Source of the DNA: a bacterium
GTDB lineage: Bacteria > Patescibacteriota > Minisyncoccia > Sungbacterales > GWA2-42-14
Assembly (NCBI GenBank): GCA_030649305.1
Contig: JAUSFV010000006.1
Coordinates: forward strand, 32-64,031
DNA length: 64,000 nt
Direction: 5' to 3'
Below are positions 18,991 through 28,733 of the stretch, piece after piece (position 1 is the first letter of the stretch; each line of letters opens with the position of its first letter). The position numbers and the translations under genes are program-made. The notes under the pieces were generated by a model. The model had not been told where the DNA came from and did not search any database. It saw only the letters and a program-made list of their open reading frames with translations.

Positions 18991-19025
18991 AAAAAAACCG
19001 CTCCGGAAAACCGGGGCGGTTTTTG
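18991..19025. terminator. Bidirectional intrinsic terminator
   Basis: A7-CCGCUCCGG-AAAA-CCGGGGCGG-U5. Confidence 0.6.
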
Positions 19026-19030
19026 TATGC

Positions 19031-19522
19031 TCAATCAAAATCAAACGGTTCGCGGATTTTGTTCGCGATAATGCATCGCCGCAACGCTTTTTCATTCTGC
19101 AAAAATTTAAGTTCTTCGGAGGTAAAGACACTCATGGCTTCACGGAGTATATCCCATGGCGCGATTGGCACGAGTACTTTCCCGTTTTCTTCAATAAAGA
19201 ATGAATATCCTTCGCGCTCAAGACGCACCAGTAATTCGGGGTATTCTTTCACGACAGGTTCGCGATACACCAAAAAACTTTTGTTGTTTCCCTTCTTCCG
19301 CGCTTTCAAAAGCACCGCGTCTCCAGCGCCCGTTTCAAGCGGCCGAATGTATACCCAAATTTCCATGGTCTCTTCTTCCCGCGGGTCATCGGGGTCCTCA
19401 TTCATAGGACAAAACGCGTGCGCTTCTTCCGTATAGCGCGATACATCAAGTAATTGCTGGCGATACCCCGCACACCCCGCAAGCAAAACGGCGCATACCG
19501 TACTCACAATCAATCGGCGCAT
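19031..19522 (-). CDS. Putative lipoprotein, ~163 aa
   Basis: MRRLIVSTVCAVLLAGCAG: signal peptide plus lipobox LAGC. Confidence 0.5.
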   Translation of the reverse strand: MRRLIVSTVCAVLLAGCAGYRQQLLDVSRYTEEAHAFCPMNEDPDDPREEETMEIWVYIRPLETGAGDAVLLKARKKGNNKSFLVYREPVVKEYPELLVRLEREGYSFFIEENGKVLVPIAPWDILREAMSVFTSEELKFLQNEKALRRCIIANKIREPFDFD

Positions 19523-19758
19523 AATGGTATCTCCGTCTATAAAAAACTCTTTTGAGTATAACAAAATTTTCTTATTCTGTAAACCCCATTAGAACAGTAA
19601 AAAAACAAATAAACCGCGCGCTATCTATACCAATAGGCCGTCCTATTGTAATACTTATAATAGGTACAAAAAAAATTTACATTCTCGCGTACATTTCCAA
19701 TAAGCAATTTTCTAACGGGGTAAATCAAAAAAGGCGGGCAAGCCGCCTTTCAAAAAAA

Positions 19759-20439
19759 TTATGTTTTCAGAAGATCCGTCCATGGCTTTGCAATATCTCC
19801 CGCTTTGCATTTCGGACATTCTTCTTTTGTATAGACCGGAATGTCAACCTGAACGGCTGCGTAGAAATAGGGGGCATATCTGGTCTCAACCTCTTTCACG
19901 AACGAAGTAGTGCCTTTCGCGAATACCGCCCGAGCCACAACCGTGCCGCCCAGCCCCTCCACAAATGACGGAAGACGTTGACCAACGCATCGCCCCTGCG
20001 AGGATACGGTATTAAAAACAAATACCTTATCACCCGACTTGATTTCACCCTCAACCAACACATCTCCGAAACGACCAGTATCCTTATAATCCCACAGGGC
20101 ATACCGAATCCGTTTACCCAGAGGAGATTTTCCGTAGTCCGCGAACTCTTTGATGATGGTATTGGTGCCAGGTTCATTCGGCCCGAACACCACATCATAC
20201 CCGATCCGACGCGGAATAGCCCAACGAAACCAATCGGTCACAATCCACCGAACAAACCGCTCATGTTCTGCAATCGGTCGTGGGGTGAAAAAATGCGTAA
20301 GGTGCGCACCATCGGGGTCTGCGGGATATTGCACATGCGCATCAAAAAAAAAGGTATACGGCATGCCGAGCATCTGCTTTATTTGCGATAACGGAAACGA
20401 ATCGGAAACAATGGCGATATGTTCGTTATATTTTCTCAT
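19759..20439 (-). CDS. Hypothetical protein translationally coupled to the FAH gene (4-nt ATGA overlap)
   Basis: Track ORF of 226 aa with no confident family assignment. Confidence 0.45.
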   Translation of the reverse strand: MRKYNEHIAIVSDSFPLSQIKQMLGMPYTFFFDAHVQYPADPDGAHLTHFFTPRPIAEHERFVRWIVTDWFRWAIPRRIGYDVVFGPNEPGTNTIIKEFADYGKSPLGKRIRYALWDYKDTGRFGDVLVEGEIKSGDKVFVFNTVSSQGRCVGQRLPSFVEGLGGTVVARAVFAKGTTSFVKEVETRYAPYFYAAVQVDIPVYTKEECPKCKAGDIAKPWTDLLKT

Positions 20440-21326
20440 GGGTTAAGTCTTCGCGGATCGGGCATCGTAACAAAAGCAACCTCGTTTTCCAAAACTCCAA
20501 GCGCTCCCGCATCCATACGAATACTATCGCCTTCCTGCAACCACGGATATTTTGCAGGCTCAATCTCTTGACCAGTTACCGAGTCAATACGCGCGGCAAA
20601 CTCGGCAATACACCCATTCCCGATGGTACCGGATGCGAGCAGATCTCCCTTCTCAAATCCCTGATTCATCCTGCCATACCACGCAATAACTTGCGCGAAA
20701 CTCCAACACTTCTTCGCGCCGGTTTTCGGGTCATCAAAATAAATGGAACGAAAATTATCCTCACAGCGAAGATCCCATGACACATCTCTCCAATGCTTCA
20801 CGAAAAGCCGCATGTGAATATAGGGAACGCCGTTTTCATCAAAATCAAAGTTGGATGCCGGAACCATCCATGGTCCAAAACTTTTTTCAGCAATACCCTT
20901 GGATGGCGCTACGGAAAGGCGCATCGCCATATCTGACGGCTGAAAGTCGCGCGCGCTCGTATCGTTAAATATGGTGAAAAATGCGTCTCTGGTTACAAAT
21001 TCAATCGCCTCACGCTCGTCCTTGGTTTCAAACGGGTACGGAAAATAAAGACAAATTTCGAATTCATAATCGGCCTTCGTGACAAACGAAGGAAAAATAA
21101 TTGCATCGCCGTTGCCTTTTATTTTGCGCTTTTGTAAATGCGCATCATAGCCATAGGGGCGTTCATACCATTCATCCGGAAAACGCTCGCCGCGCCTCCC
21201 GCGAATTTGTTCCACATGCTTCCGAAAACCAATCATATCGCGAAGCCGCAACGACGATTCTTCGCGCACAACTTCCGCCGCATCATGATACTTTCTACAG
21301 GAATGTCTCACGCTTATCCTCCACAC
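20436..21326 (-). CDS. Fumarylacetoacetate hydrolase (FAH) family protein
   Basis: …DYEFEICLYF… and …GDLLASGTIGNG… resemble FAH-fold motifs; 296 aa. Confidence 0.65.
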   Translation of the reverse strand: MWRISVRHSCRKYHDAAEVVREESSLRLRDMIGFRKHVEQIRGRRGERFPDEWYERPYGYDAHLQKRKIKGNGDAIIFPSFVTKADYEFEICLYFPYPFETKDEREAIEFVTRDAFFTIFNDTSARDFQPSDMAMRLSVAPSKGIAEKSFGPWMVPASNFDFDENGVPYIHMRLFVKHWRDVSWDLRCEDNFRSIYFDDPKTGAKKCWSFAQVIAWYGRMNQGFEKGDLLASGTIGNGCIAEFAARIDSVTGQEIEPAKYPWLQEGDSIRMDAGALGVLENEVAFVTMPDPRRLNP

Positions 21327-21418
21327 AAGATGTCAAACAACTTACGAAATTTATACCATACTCAAATAAAAAACGCAAGAAAAAACCGCCCCGACCGTAG
21401 TCGGAGCGATTCATTGAT

Positions 21419-22633
21419 TTACTTTTTTTCTTTTTGAATCTCCCGCCACTGCCTATACCATGAAATTTCGTAATCCTTGATTTCGCATCCCTCTGCGGCG
21501 GGAAGAACCACGAGAGACGATTTCGTCTCAAGCATAATCGCAACCTGGTCAAGCCACGGGAGATTCTCCGGCTTCGGCGGATCTTCCGTACGCTGTTTAT
21601 CAAGCGCGCGGATATCCGGACCATGATAGGTTCCCGGCGGATGCAAGGTGATACACCCGTCCTGAATCTCGGGACGCACGTTGTAACCACGATGATTAAA
21701 GAGAAGCTCAGTCACATAATTCTGATGAGGATACGGAAGAGAATGCCCCCACCGAGGCAAAAACGCCTGAACGGACGCGCCCTCGTCTTCTGTCACGAAA
21801 ATCGTGAGTGCTTTCGGATCAAGATGAAAATCGGCCGAGGAAAGCGCGCGCAAATCTTTCAGATGCAAAACAAACGGATACAAATCCCCTTCCCATGCGA
21901 CTGCCGTAAACGGAGAAAATGGATACCAAAGACACGCCTCACGACCCACATGCTTCTTTACCCGAACAAAATGGTAGGGGCCGCGAAAGATATCTGCGAG
22001 AGGCACCGGTTCGGCAATCTCAAAAGCGGCGGGCGAAAAAGGATATCCGTCAACCCAATAATGCGAGGGGCGCATGATGCGGCTTGAACATTCATACAGT
22101 AAAATAAATGCGTCCCGCTCTTCAAGAAACGCGTACGTAACGCCACGCGGAATGAAAAAGAAATCCCCCTTTTCATAAGAAAGCAAACCAAAATCAGTAA
22201 AAATCTTCCCGTGTCCCCTATGCACAAAACCAAGCGTGTATGCGCCCTCATGCCGATAGATGTTATGCGCGTCATGGCGCCCGTTGAAAAGAGAGACGGC
22301 AATATCGTCCCCCACATATAACCCCCGGGGGAATTCGAGCGAATGAAGATCGTGAGATATTTTTTCGAGATCAAACGCGCGTCGTTCTAGTTTCATATTC
22401 TCCTGTTGCACAAGCAAGGAAGCCCGTGATAGAGAATCGGACTTTCGAGAATATTCGGATTGATAAACCACGCTTGGAGAATTCTCGCAAATTATCTCTG
22501 CCCCAAACTCGAGTTTATAGTTATACAAACCCTTCGGCGCGCGGCCGTTGAGCGGAAACGTAATTTTATCTTCGTATCCCTTGCGCACGCGCTTCTGATA
22601 AGGAAAGCCCGCCATAACCGGCGCGTTTTTCAT
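21419..22633 (-). CDS. hmgA: Homogentisate 1,2-dioxygenase
   Basis: ~405 aa with the HGD-type cupin core (…YRHEGAYTLGFVHRGHGKIFTDFG…GDFFFIPRGVTYAF…); AGGAGGAGG RBS before ATG 22633. Confidence 0.75.
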   Translation of the reverse strand: MKNAPVMAGFPYQKRVRKGYEDKITFPLNGRAPKGLYNYKLEFGAEIICENSPSVVYQSEYSRKSDSLSRASLLVQQENMKLERRAFDLEKISHDLHSLEFPRGLYVGDDIAVSLFNGRHDAHNIYRHEGAYTLGFVHRGHGKIFTDFGLLSYEKGDFFFIPRGVTYAFLEERDAFILLYECSSRIMRPSHYWVDGYPFSPAAFEIAEPVPLADIFRGPYHFVRVKKHVGREACLWYPFSPFTAVAWEGDLYPFVLHLKDLRALSSADFHLDPKALTIFVTEDEGASVQAFLPRWGHSLPYPHQNYVTELLFNHRGYNVRPEIQDGCITLHPPGTYHGPDIRALDKQRTEDPPKPENLPWLDQVAIMLETKSSLVVLPAAEGCEIKDYEISWYRQWREIQKEKK

Positions 22634-22774
22634 TCGCCTCCTCCTTCCAAAATTGTCAGTGAGCCACAAACTTTATTTAACAAAAATTTTAAATTTTGTC
22701 AATATAGACAAAAAACATCCCGCGGGGCACAAATATGATAATGAGAACCTTGCCAATCAAAAAAGGAGGCGTAC

Positions 22775-23614
22775 GTGAAAATCAAAAAACAGAATCTGAC
22801 ATTTGATCATATCGCTACGGTCAACGGCGCGAACGACGGATCGCTTGAGAGAACGGTGAGCCTTTTTAAGCTCCTCGGCTTTACCTCAAATATGTATGAT
22901 CGCGCAAAGGGTGTCGGAGAAGACCGTCCCGACGGAACTAAGATGCGTACCATCGTAGTCGCGCGGGACCATGTAAAAATTGCGCTCATGGAAGGGATGG
23001 ACGGGCGGAGTACGGACGGCAAACCCATTGCCTCGCAAATCACCGAATACTTTAGGCGGTTTGGTGTATGCGTCCAGCATATCGCCATTCGCTGTAATGA
23101 CCTTCAGGCGCTCGTGCAAGAATTACATAAGCGCGGCATTCGCTTCATCACGCAATACGAAAACGGAAAGCCGCAAATTCTCGTAAGCGAAGACGAGGAA
23201 GAAGGAACAGTTCTGCAATGTTTCACGTTTCCGGTTGAAGGAACATTCTTTTTTGAACTCAAACAGGTTATCAAAAAAAGAGGCGCAAAAAATATCCAAG
23301 AATTCAGGGATGCGAACGTGAAAGGACTCTGGTCAAGCATCAAGGAAGCCATTGACCAGGGCTGGCTTTTCAACGTCAATATCCGCGGTGAAAAAATAAA
23401 ATCAACCCGCGCCTACTCTCATCCCGAACTTGCGGCGTATATCAAAAAATTAGTTGCGGGAAATCCTTTGTGGGAGAGCGAGGTTGAATATATAACGCGC
23501 GTGGCTGTAGAGAAAACGAAACATGAGATGCTTAATGCGGGAACACTTATCAAGAAAGAAAATCGTCTTGAACTTCCCCTGCCACCCGTGAAAAACAAAA
23601 TCAAAGGCGGGTAA
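22775..23614 (+). CDS. Vicinal-oxygen-chelate dioxygenase resembling 4-hydroxyphenylpyruvate dioxygenase
   Basis: Two VOC-like halves (…FDHIATV…; …VQHIAIRCNDL…), divergent from hmgA. AGGAGG RBS. Confidence 0.5.
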   Translation: MKIKKQNLTFDHIATVNGANDGSLERTVSLFKLLGFTSNMYDRAKGVGEDRPDGTKMRTIVVARDHVKIALMEGMDGRSTDGKPIASQITEYFRRFGVCVQHIAIRCNDLQALVQELHKRGIRFITQYENGKPQILVSEDEEEGTVLQCFTFPVEGTFFFELKQVIKKRGAKNIQEFRDANVKGLWSSIKEAIDQGWLFNVNIRGEKIKSTRAYSHPELAAYIKKLVAGNPLWESEVEYITRVAVEKTKHEMLNAGTLIKKENRLELPLPPVKNKIKGG

Positions 23615-23654
23615 AATCCATAATCATTCGCGGAGGTGCTCCGCGAAAAACAAA

Positions 23655-23680
23655 AGGTCGCAGACATGCGACTTTTTTTC
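23655..23680 (+). terminator. Intrinsic terminator after ORF 22775..23614
   Basis: GUCGCA-GACA-UGCGAC followed by U7. Confidence 0.7.
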
Positions 23681-23687
23681 TTTTTCC

Positions 23688-23722
23688 CCTTATCGGCTAA
23701 TTCGTGCGAATTAGCCGATAAG
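23688..23722. repeat. Perfect palindrome CCTTATCGGCTAATTCGTGCGAATTAGCCGATAAG (copy 3)
   Basis: Identical to the copies at 5768 and 13564; again just 3' of a terminator. Confidence 0.8.
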
Positions 23723-24067
23723 AAAATATGCCCACACTAATTTAATTTTATATAAAACCCCCAGCGAGACAAAATAAAAACGCTGCGGGATTCCGCGGCA
23801 TTTTTATCCGCCCCGCGATTGGACAGGTTCAAAAGTTTTAGCATGAAATCACGTGGGTTGCCGCAATTTCAGCCCAAGGGCCGAAACAATGTAGGCATCC
23901 CGAAAAAGTGAGATTGTCCTAAAACCTTGACCCGCAATCAACGGAGCTTATCTTCATTATACACGAAACACAAACCATAAAACAAGACCGCTTCTGAAAA
24001 TGTTGATTATATTTTACAAATATGGTATTCTAAAATCAGAGCACTTTGTCAAAAAATGAGCAAAAAT

Positions 24068-25471
24068 ATGTGCGGATTTCTCGGCATCGCATCGCAAGAA
24101 ACCGATGTTGCGGAAGACCTCTACCTGAGCCTTTGGTCACTCCTGCATCGCGGCAAAGAAAGTTCGGGTATCGTCACCTATGACGGCGCATCCTACCATC
24201 CCGAAAAAGGCATGGGTACGGTTGAGGTAGTATTCGGAGGCGATACGCTCTCGCGTCTCAAAGGACGAATCGGCATAGGACATGTCCGCTACTCCACGAC
24301 CGGAGAAAGCTCTCTCAAAAACGCCCAGCCCATTGAGGGGTCATTCAAAAGCACGCCGTTCTGGATTGCCCATAACGGCAATCTGACAAACACGGAAACA
24401 CTCCGAAAAGAATGCGAAGAACGCGGATACTTTTTTAAAACATCAACCGACACGGAGGTTATCGCGGCTCTCATATATTTCTCCGGCGCGCCAAATTTTG
24501 AAGACGCCCTGAAACGCGCCCTGCGAAAAATTGAAGGCACCTATGCGCTGACCATTCTCTCCAAAGACACGCTGTACGCTGTTCAGGACGAAACGGGCAA
24601 TCGGCCTTTGAGTATGGGGCAAGGAAGGGGTCTTACGGTGTTTGCGTCGGAGAGTGCGGCCTTCGATGTGCTTGGCATCAAATACGTACGAGATATTAAA
24701 GTGGGCGAGATAATCGCGGTATCGCTCGAAAGTCCCCTCCTCCCCTCGGAAATTCCGTTCCGCAATCGTAAAGACGCCCCCGAACGCCCGTGTATTTTTG
24801 AATACGTATATTTTCTGCGCCCGGACAGCAAGTGGTACGAACGACGCGCCCAAGTTGTCCGAGAACATATGGGACGAATTCTATGGAAAGAATGTCCGAT
24901 TGAAGCCGATGTGATAGTGCCGGTTCCTGACTCCAGCAACTTCATGGGCGCGGGACTTTCAAAAGAATCAGGTATCCCGCTTGAGATGGCTTTATTTCGT
25001 TCGCACTATGTGGGACGAACATTCATTGAGCCCGTGCAAGCGCGGCGAACCAAAGAAATGAGAATCAAGCTGAATATAATACCCGAACTTGTTCAAGGGA
25101 AAAAAGTTGTCGTAGGAGATGATTCAATTGTGCGTGGCACCTCAATTAAACGAGCCATTTCGCTTGTTCGGGAGGGGGGTGCCAAAGAAGTCCACGTGCG
25201 CATAAGCTCTCCTCAATATATCTCACCATGCTACTACGGCATTGATACCTATCGCGTCAAAAACGAACTTATCGCGAAAAACCACGCGGGCAACATTGAA
25301 GAAATTCGAAAAGAAATCGGCGCGGATTCGCTCTATTATCTAAGCTTAGAGGGGATGAAGCGCGCCGTGACTGACGCGCGCGATGACGAACACCGCGCCC
25401 TTCAATTCTGCGACGCCTGTTTTACCGGAAATTACCACATCCCCATTCCACAAGAAATCATCACATCATAG
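24068..25471 (+). CDS. purF: Amidophosphoribosyltransferase
   Basis: MCGFLGI N-terminal nucleophile Cys, a class-II GATase domain, and a C-terminal PRTase domain (…VVVGDDSIVRGTS…). Confidence 0.9.
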   Translation: MCGFLGIASQETDVAEDLYLSLWSLLHRGKESSGIVTYDGASYHPEKGMGTVEVVFGGDTLSRLKGRIGIGHVRYSTTGESSLKNAQPIEGSFKSTPFWIAHNGNLTNTETLRKECEERGYFFKTSTDTEVIAALIYFSGAPNFEDALKRALRKIEGTYALTILSKDTLYAVQDETGNRPLSMGQGRGLTVFASESAAFDVLGIKYVRDIKVGEIIAVSLESPLLPSEIPFRNRKDAPERPCIFEYVYFLRPDSKWYERRAQVVREHMGRILWKECPIEADVIVPVPDSSNFMGAGLSKESGIPLEMALFRSHYVGRTFIEPVQARRTKEMRIKLNIIPELVQGKKVVVGDDSIVRGTSIKRAISLVREGGAKEVHVRISSPQYISPCYYGIDTYRVKNELIAKNHAGNIEEIRKEIGADSLYYLSLEGMKRAVTDARDDEHRALQFCDACFTGNYHIPIPQEIITS

Positions 25472-25561
25472 CAAACCAAAAACGGCTCCTCGCGAGCCGT
25501 TTTTTATTTTTCTATTTTTGCTATTCCCCTCCCATCTTCACCTTTAAACTTCTTCCAAGTA

Positions 25562-25593
25562 CTATTTTCTTATTCGCGCGAATTAGAAATAAG
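25562..25593. promoter_or_regulatory. Near-palindromic site CTATTTTCTTATTCGCGCGAATTAGAAATAAG overlapping the 3' end of the arsR-like gene
   Basis: Core ATTCGCGCGAAT; direct and inverted repeat of the site at 25900-25931. Confidence 0.6.
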
Positions 25594-25848
25594 AAAAATT
25601 AAGACACGAACCGCCGCAGGGAGTGAATCCGCGAGGCGATAAAAAACAGTAAGGCTGACTTGATTTCGCTCAACGATATCTAACTGCCGAAGCAAATTAA
25701 GATGTTTTGAGGTGGCAGTAAAAGATAAACGAATTGCGTCAGCAATTTCCCCGACGCTCAAAGGCCGTTTTTTCTGCAAAAGAAGTTTAATAATCGCGAG
25801 CCGGCGCTTATTCGCAAGCCCTTTTAATATTTTTTCAAGATTTTTCAT
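25570..25848 (-). CDS. ArsR/SmtB-family winged-helix transcriptional regulator
   Basis: …RLAIIKLLLQKKRPLSVGEIADAIRLSFTATSKHLNLLRQLDIVE… HTH typical of ArsR. Confidence 0.65.
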   Translation of the reverse strand: MKNLEKILKGLANKRRLAIIKLLLQKKRPLSVGEIADAIRLSFTATSKHLNLLRQLDIVERNQVSLTVFYRLADSLPAAVRVLIFLISNSRE

Positions 25849-25899
25849 ATTTTCTTTTCCATCTCTCTTCCTATCTTCTCATCTATCCCCTCTTCTCAC

Positions 25900-25931
25900 C
25901 TATTTTCTAATTCGCGCGAATAAGAAAATAG
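25900..25931. promoter_or_regulatory. 32-bp near-perfect palindrome CTATTTTCTAATTCGCGCGAATAAGAAAATAG upstream of the arsR-like gene
   Basis: Arms are reverse complements with one mismatch. Preceded by a CT-rich tract; putative operator. Confidence 0.6.
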
Positions 25932-25972
25932 GTGAACCCACGATAAGAAAAATAGAAAAAAATATTCAGGTG

Positions 25973-26578
25973 TTATTCTAGCAAACCATCCAAATTCACA
26001 TCATATAAAATATGGTCCTGCACGAGGTGATAATTGACGAGCTCGCCCTTCTTGAACCAATGCTCGATTTCTTTTTCCGCCTCCCCCACCGAACCTGATG
26101 CGTGAATCAAGTTTCTGATACTTCGCGTATCCCCGTCAGACACCTCATACGAATCTAAAACAAAATCGCCGCGAATGGTGCCGACGTCCGACGTCAACGG
26201 CTCGGTTCCTCCCACAAGCTTTCGCACGATTTTCACCGCGTGCGCCCCCTGCCACACCATCACAATCACGGGGCTTGCAGTCATATATTTTTTCAGGCGT
26301 TCCAAAATTGACGCTGTAATTTCAAGCGGGTCTTCGGACGGCGGGGTTTTCCCTTTTTCTTTGTAACTTCGAATGGTTTTCTCGCCCGTCACCCTCCGCC
26401 ACTCGGAGTCAAGAGTGTAATGTGCCTCAACAAATGCCTCATCCGGCAAAACCATTTTCATCGCGACCAATTTCAAACCGATGCGCTCAAAACGCCCGAT
26501 AATTTCGCCGACCAAAGAGCGCTGAAGCGCGTCCGGCTTAATAATAACAAGCGTTTGTTCTTTTTTGGGATGTTGCAT
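25973..26578 (-). CDS. ndk: Nucleoside diphosphate kinase (with an insertion)
   Basis: LVIIKPDALQRSLVGEIIGRFE… …GTIRGDF… …NLIHASGS…: NDK motifs. Confidence 0.8.
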   Translation of the reverse strand: MQHPKKEQTLVIIKPDALQRSLVGEIIGRFERIGLKLVAMKMVLPDEAFVEAHYTLDSEWRRVTGEKTIRSYKEKGKTPPSEDPLEITASILERLKKYMTASPVIVMVWQGAHAVKIVRKLVGGTEPLTSDVGTIRGDFVLDSYEVSDGDTRSIRNLIHASGSVGEAEKEIEHWFKKGELVNYHLVQDHILYDVNLDGLLE

Positions 26579-26589
26579 ACTATAAAAAA

Positions 26590-27474
26590 TTATTTATTCA
26601 CTACGTTATTATTCACTATAAACGATACTCCGTCGCTTTGCAACAAAATATCCCCGTCCAAATCGTTTCGGAAGATGCGCACGCCAAACGCCGCGAGCCG
26701 ATCCAATACTCCTTGATACGGGTGGCCGTAACGATTTTTGCGGCCCACTTGAATAACCGCAATCTCGGGCGAGACAGCGCGCAAAAATTCTTCAGAAGTT
26801 GAAGTTTTTGAGCCGTGGTGACCAACTTTCAAAACATCGGAATCAATAAAGACGCCCGAATATAAAAGTCGATACTCCAATTTTTCTTCGGCATCCCCCA
26901 TCAACAATACGGACGTACTCGCATACATAAGACGGCCTACAACATTCGCATCATGAATATTTTTTGGCGAGACGCCCTCAAAATTTTCAAGGGGTGAAAG
27001 CACATCAAGCGCTACTCCCCCGCCCGCATCAATACGCTCACCCACTTTTGGAATAACAACCGGAATGTTTTTCTCCCGAAGCAATGCGTGCCATTCGGCA
27101 TATTCGGGAATCGTATGATTCGCCCCCGATTCAATCACCACGCCGACATCATACCGCTTCACAACCTCAACCAACCCGTCCAAATGGTCCGCATGCGGAT
27201 GCGAGAGTACTAACACATCAATAGAGCGATCCCAAAAAGGCATTGTTTCCCCGAGTTTCGCAAGCACGGTATTATCCGGCCCGCCGTCAACAAGAATCTG
27301 ATTTCCATTTGGCGCTTCCACGAAAATCGCGTCTCCCTGCCCGATATCAAAAAAATGAACCGACAAAAGCCTGCGATGCGCTTCAGCATAAAAAACCGCA
27401 TACCAAATAAAGACACTCACAAATGCCAACACCCCAAGAAAATACCACCTTAAATTGTTCCTAGAACGTTGCAT
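26590..27474 (-). CDS. Metallo-beta-lactamase-fold protein of the ComEC C-terminal type, with an N-terminal TM anchor
   Basis: …DIGQGDAIFVE… …VLSHPHADHLDG… …VGHHGSKTS…: ComEC-type MBL motifs. Confidence 0.7.
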   Translation of the reverse strand: MQRSRNNLRWYFLGVLAFVSVFIWYAVFYAEAHRRLLSVHFFDIGQGDAIFVEAPNGNQILVDGGPDNTVLAKLGETMPFWDRSIDVLVLSHPHADHLDGLVEVVKRYDVGVVIESGANHTIPEYAEWHALLREKNIPVVIPKVGERIDAGGGVALDVLSPLENFEGVSPKNIHDANVVGRLMYASTSVLLMGDAEEKLEYRLLYSGVFIDSDVLKVGHHGSKTSTSEEFLRAVSPEIAVIQVGRKNRYGHPYQGVLDRLAAFGVRIFRNDLDGDILLQSDGVSFIVNNNVVNK

Positions 27475-27498
27475 ATTTTTTCGTCTATAAACAAGCTA

Positions 27499-27527
27499 TT
27501 GACTTTATTATAAATTACAGTTATACT
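27499..27527 (+). promoter_or_regulatory. Sigma70-like promoter TTGACT-N17-TATACT for the M50 gene at 27557
   Basis: Consensus-like hexamers with 17-nt spacing, ~30 nt upstream of ATG. Confidence 0.5.
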
Positions 27528-27556
27528 ATATATAATATAACACTGCACGAAGAATA

Positions 27557-28696
27557 ATGGAGGCGCGCATGTCTTCTTTGACAACACCAAATTCCCAAAA
27601 ACAAAGCTTTGGCTTATGGATTCTGTTGTTAAAAGTAGGAACGAAACTCATCCCGATTCTCACAAAACTTATGAAAGTGCTCCCCAAAATTATCAAGGGG
27701 GCGCTTGGCCTGAAAACCGCCGGAGCAGTCGCGAGCCTTGGATTTTATTCGCTCATATTCTCCTGGCAAATGGGAATTTCACTGGTGGCATTTATTCTCA
27801 TTCATGAATTCGGCCATCTCCTGGCAATGAAGGGATGCGGCATCAAAACAAAGGGGATTTATCTTATCCCCGGCTTCGGGGGTGCCGCGATGGCTGCGGA
27901 AAGCTTCAAGAGCGCCCGAAATGAAATGTATATCGCCATCATGGGACCGCTCTACGGGCTATTGTTCATTATTCCGGCAATTCTCCTCTATTTTTTAACC
28001 CAAAATCCAATATTTGCGGCAATAGCGAGCATTATGTCACTTATCAATCTCTTTAACTTGTTTCCGATTAATCCGCTCGATGGCGGCAGAATAATGAAGT
28101 CACTCCTGTATTCTTTGCGAGAGTCCTTAGGATTCTTCTTTATGCTGTTTTCGCTCATAGTTGCCGCATTCGCAGGATGGTATCTCGGGATGGGTCTCCT
28201 CATCCTCATATCAATCATCGGCTTTTTTGAATTAATGAATGACTATGGTCTCGAAGAGGTACTACCAAAATTTAAAGCAACTTTCTTAAGGGCTATGGGG
28301 ATATTCATTATATTCATTATGGCGTCCCCAATCAAACGAAACGCAATAAATCATTCGTGGATATCTTTTACAATTGGACTGCTCTGCGTGGGAGGAATTA
28401 CCGCGGCCTTTATCTACGATATGTGGCAAAGGGCAAAGATAGATCGTGTTCCTTTTTACTTCTATCTTTACGTCTATCCATTCCGAGTATGTATTGACGC
28501 GTTCGCGGGCATAGCAGAACTTTTCCGGATAAAACCCTGTCATCTGAAAAGGATAGATCAGTTTGCGCCAATGGCGAAAAAAGAAGTAGCATTCTACACT
28601 TTCGCGTATATCGTTACCATCATAATAATGATCGCGCTGATTCTTTACACCGACAACATCCCGGGAGCGCATCTCGCCAAAGAACTCCTGACATAA
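27557..28696 (+). CDS. Peptidase M50-family membrane metalloprotease (second copy)
   Basis: ILIHEFGHLLAM (HExxH) plus LFPINPLDGGR in a polytopic membrane protein. Confidence 0.65.
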   Translation: MEARMSSLTTPNSQKQSFGLWILLLKVGTKLIPILTKLMKVLPKIIKGALGLKTAGAVASLGFYSLIFSWQMGISLVAFILIHEFGHLLAMKGCGIKTKGIYLIPGFGGAAMAAESFKSARNEMYIAIMGPLYGLLFIIPAILLYFLTQNPIFAAIASIMSLINLFNLFPINPLDGGRIMKSLLYSLRESLGFFFMLFSLIVAAFAGWYLGMGLLILISIIGFFELMNDYGLEEVLPKFKATFLRAMGIFIIFIMASPIKRNAINHSWISFTIGLLCVGGITAAFIYDMWQRAKIDRVPFYFYLYVYPFRVCIDAFAGIAELFRIKPCHLKRIDQFAPMAKKEVAFYTFAYIVTIIIMIALILYTDNIPGAHLAKELLT

Positions 28697-28733
28697 ATAC
28701 TTCTCTACGGGCGGTTTAATGCAAACCGCCTTT

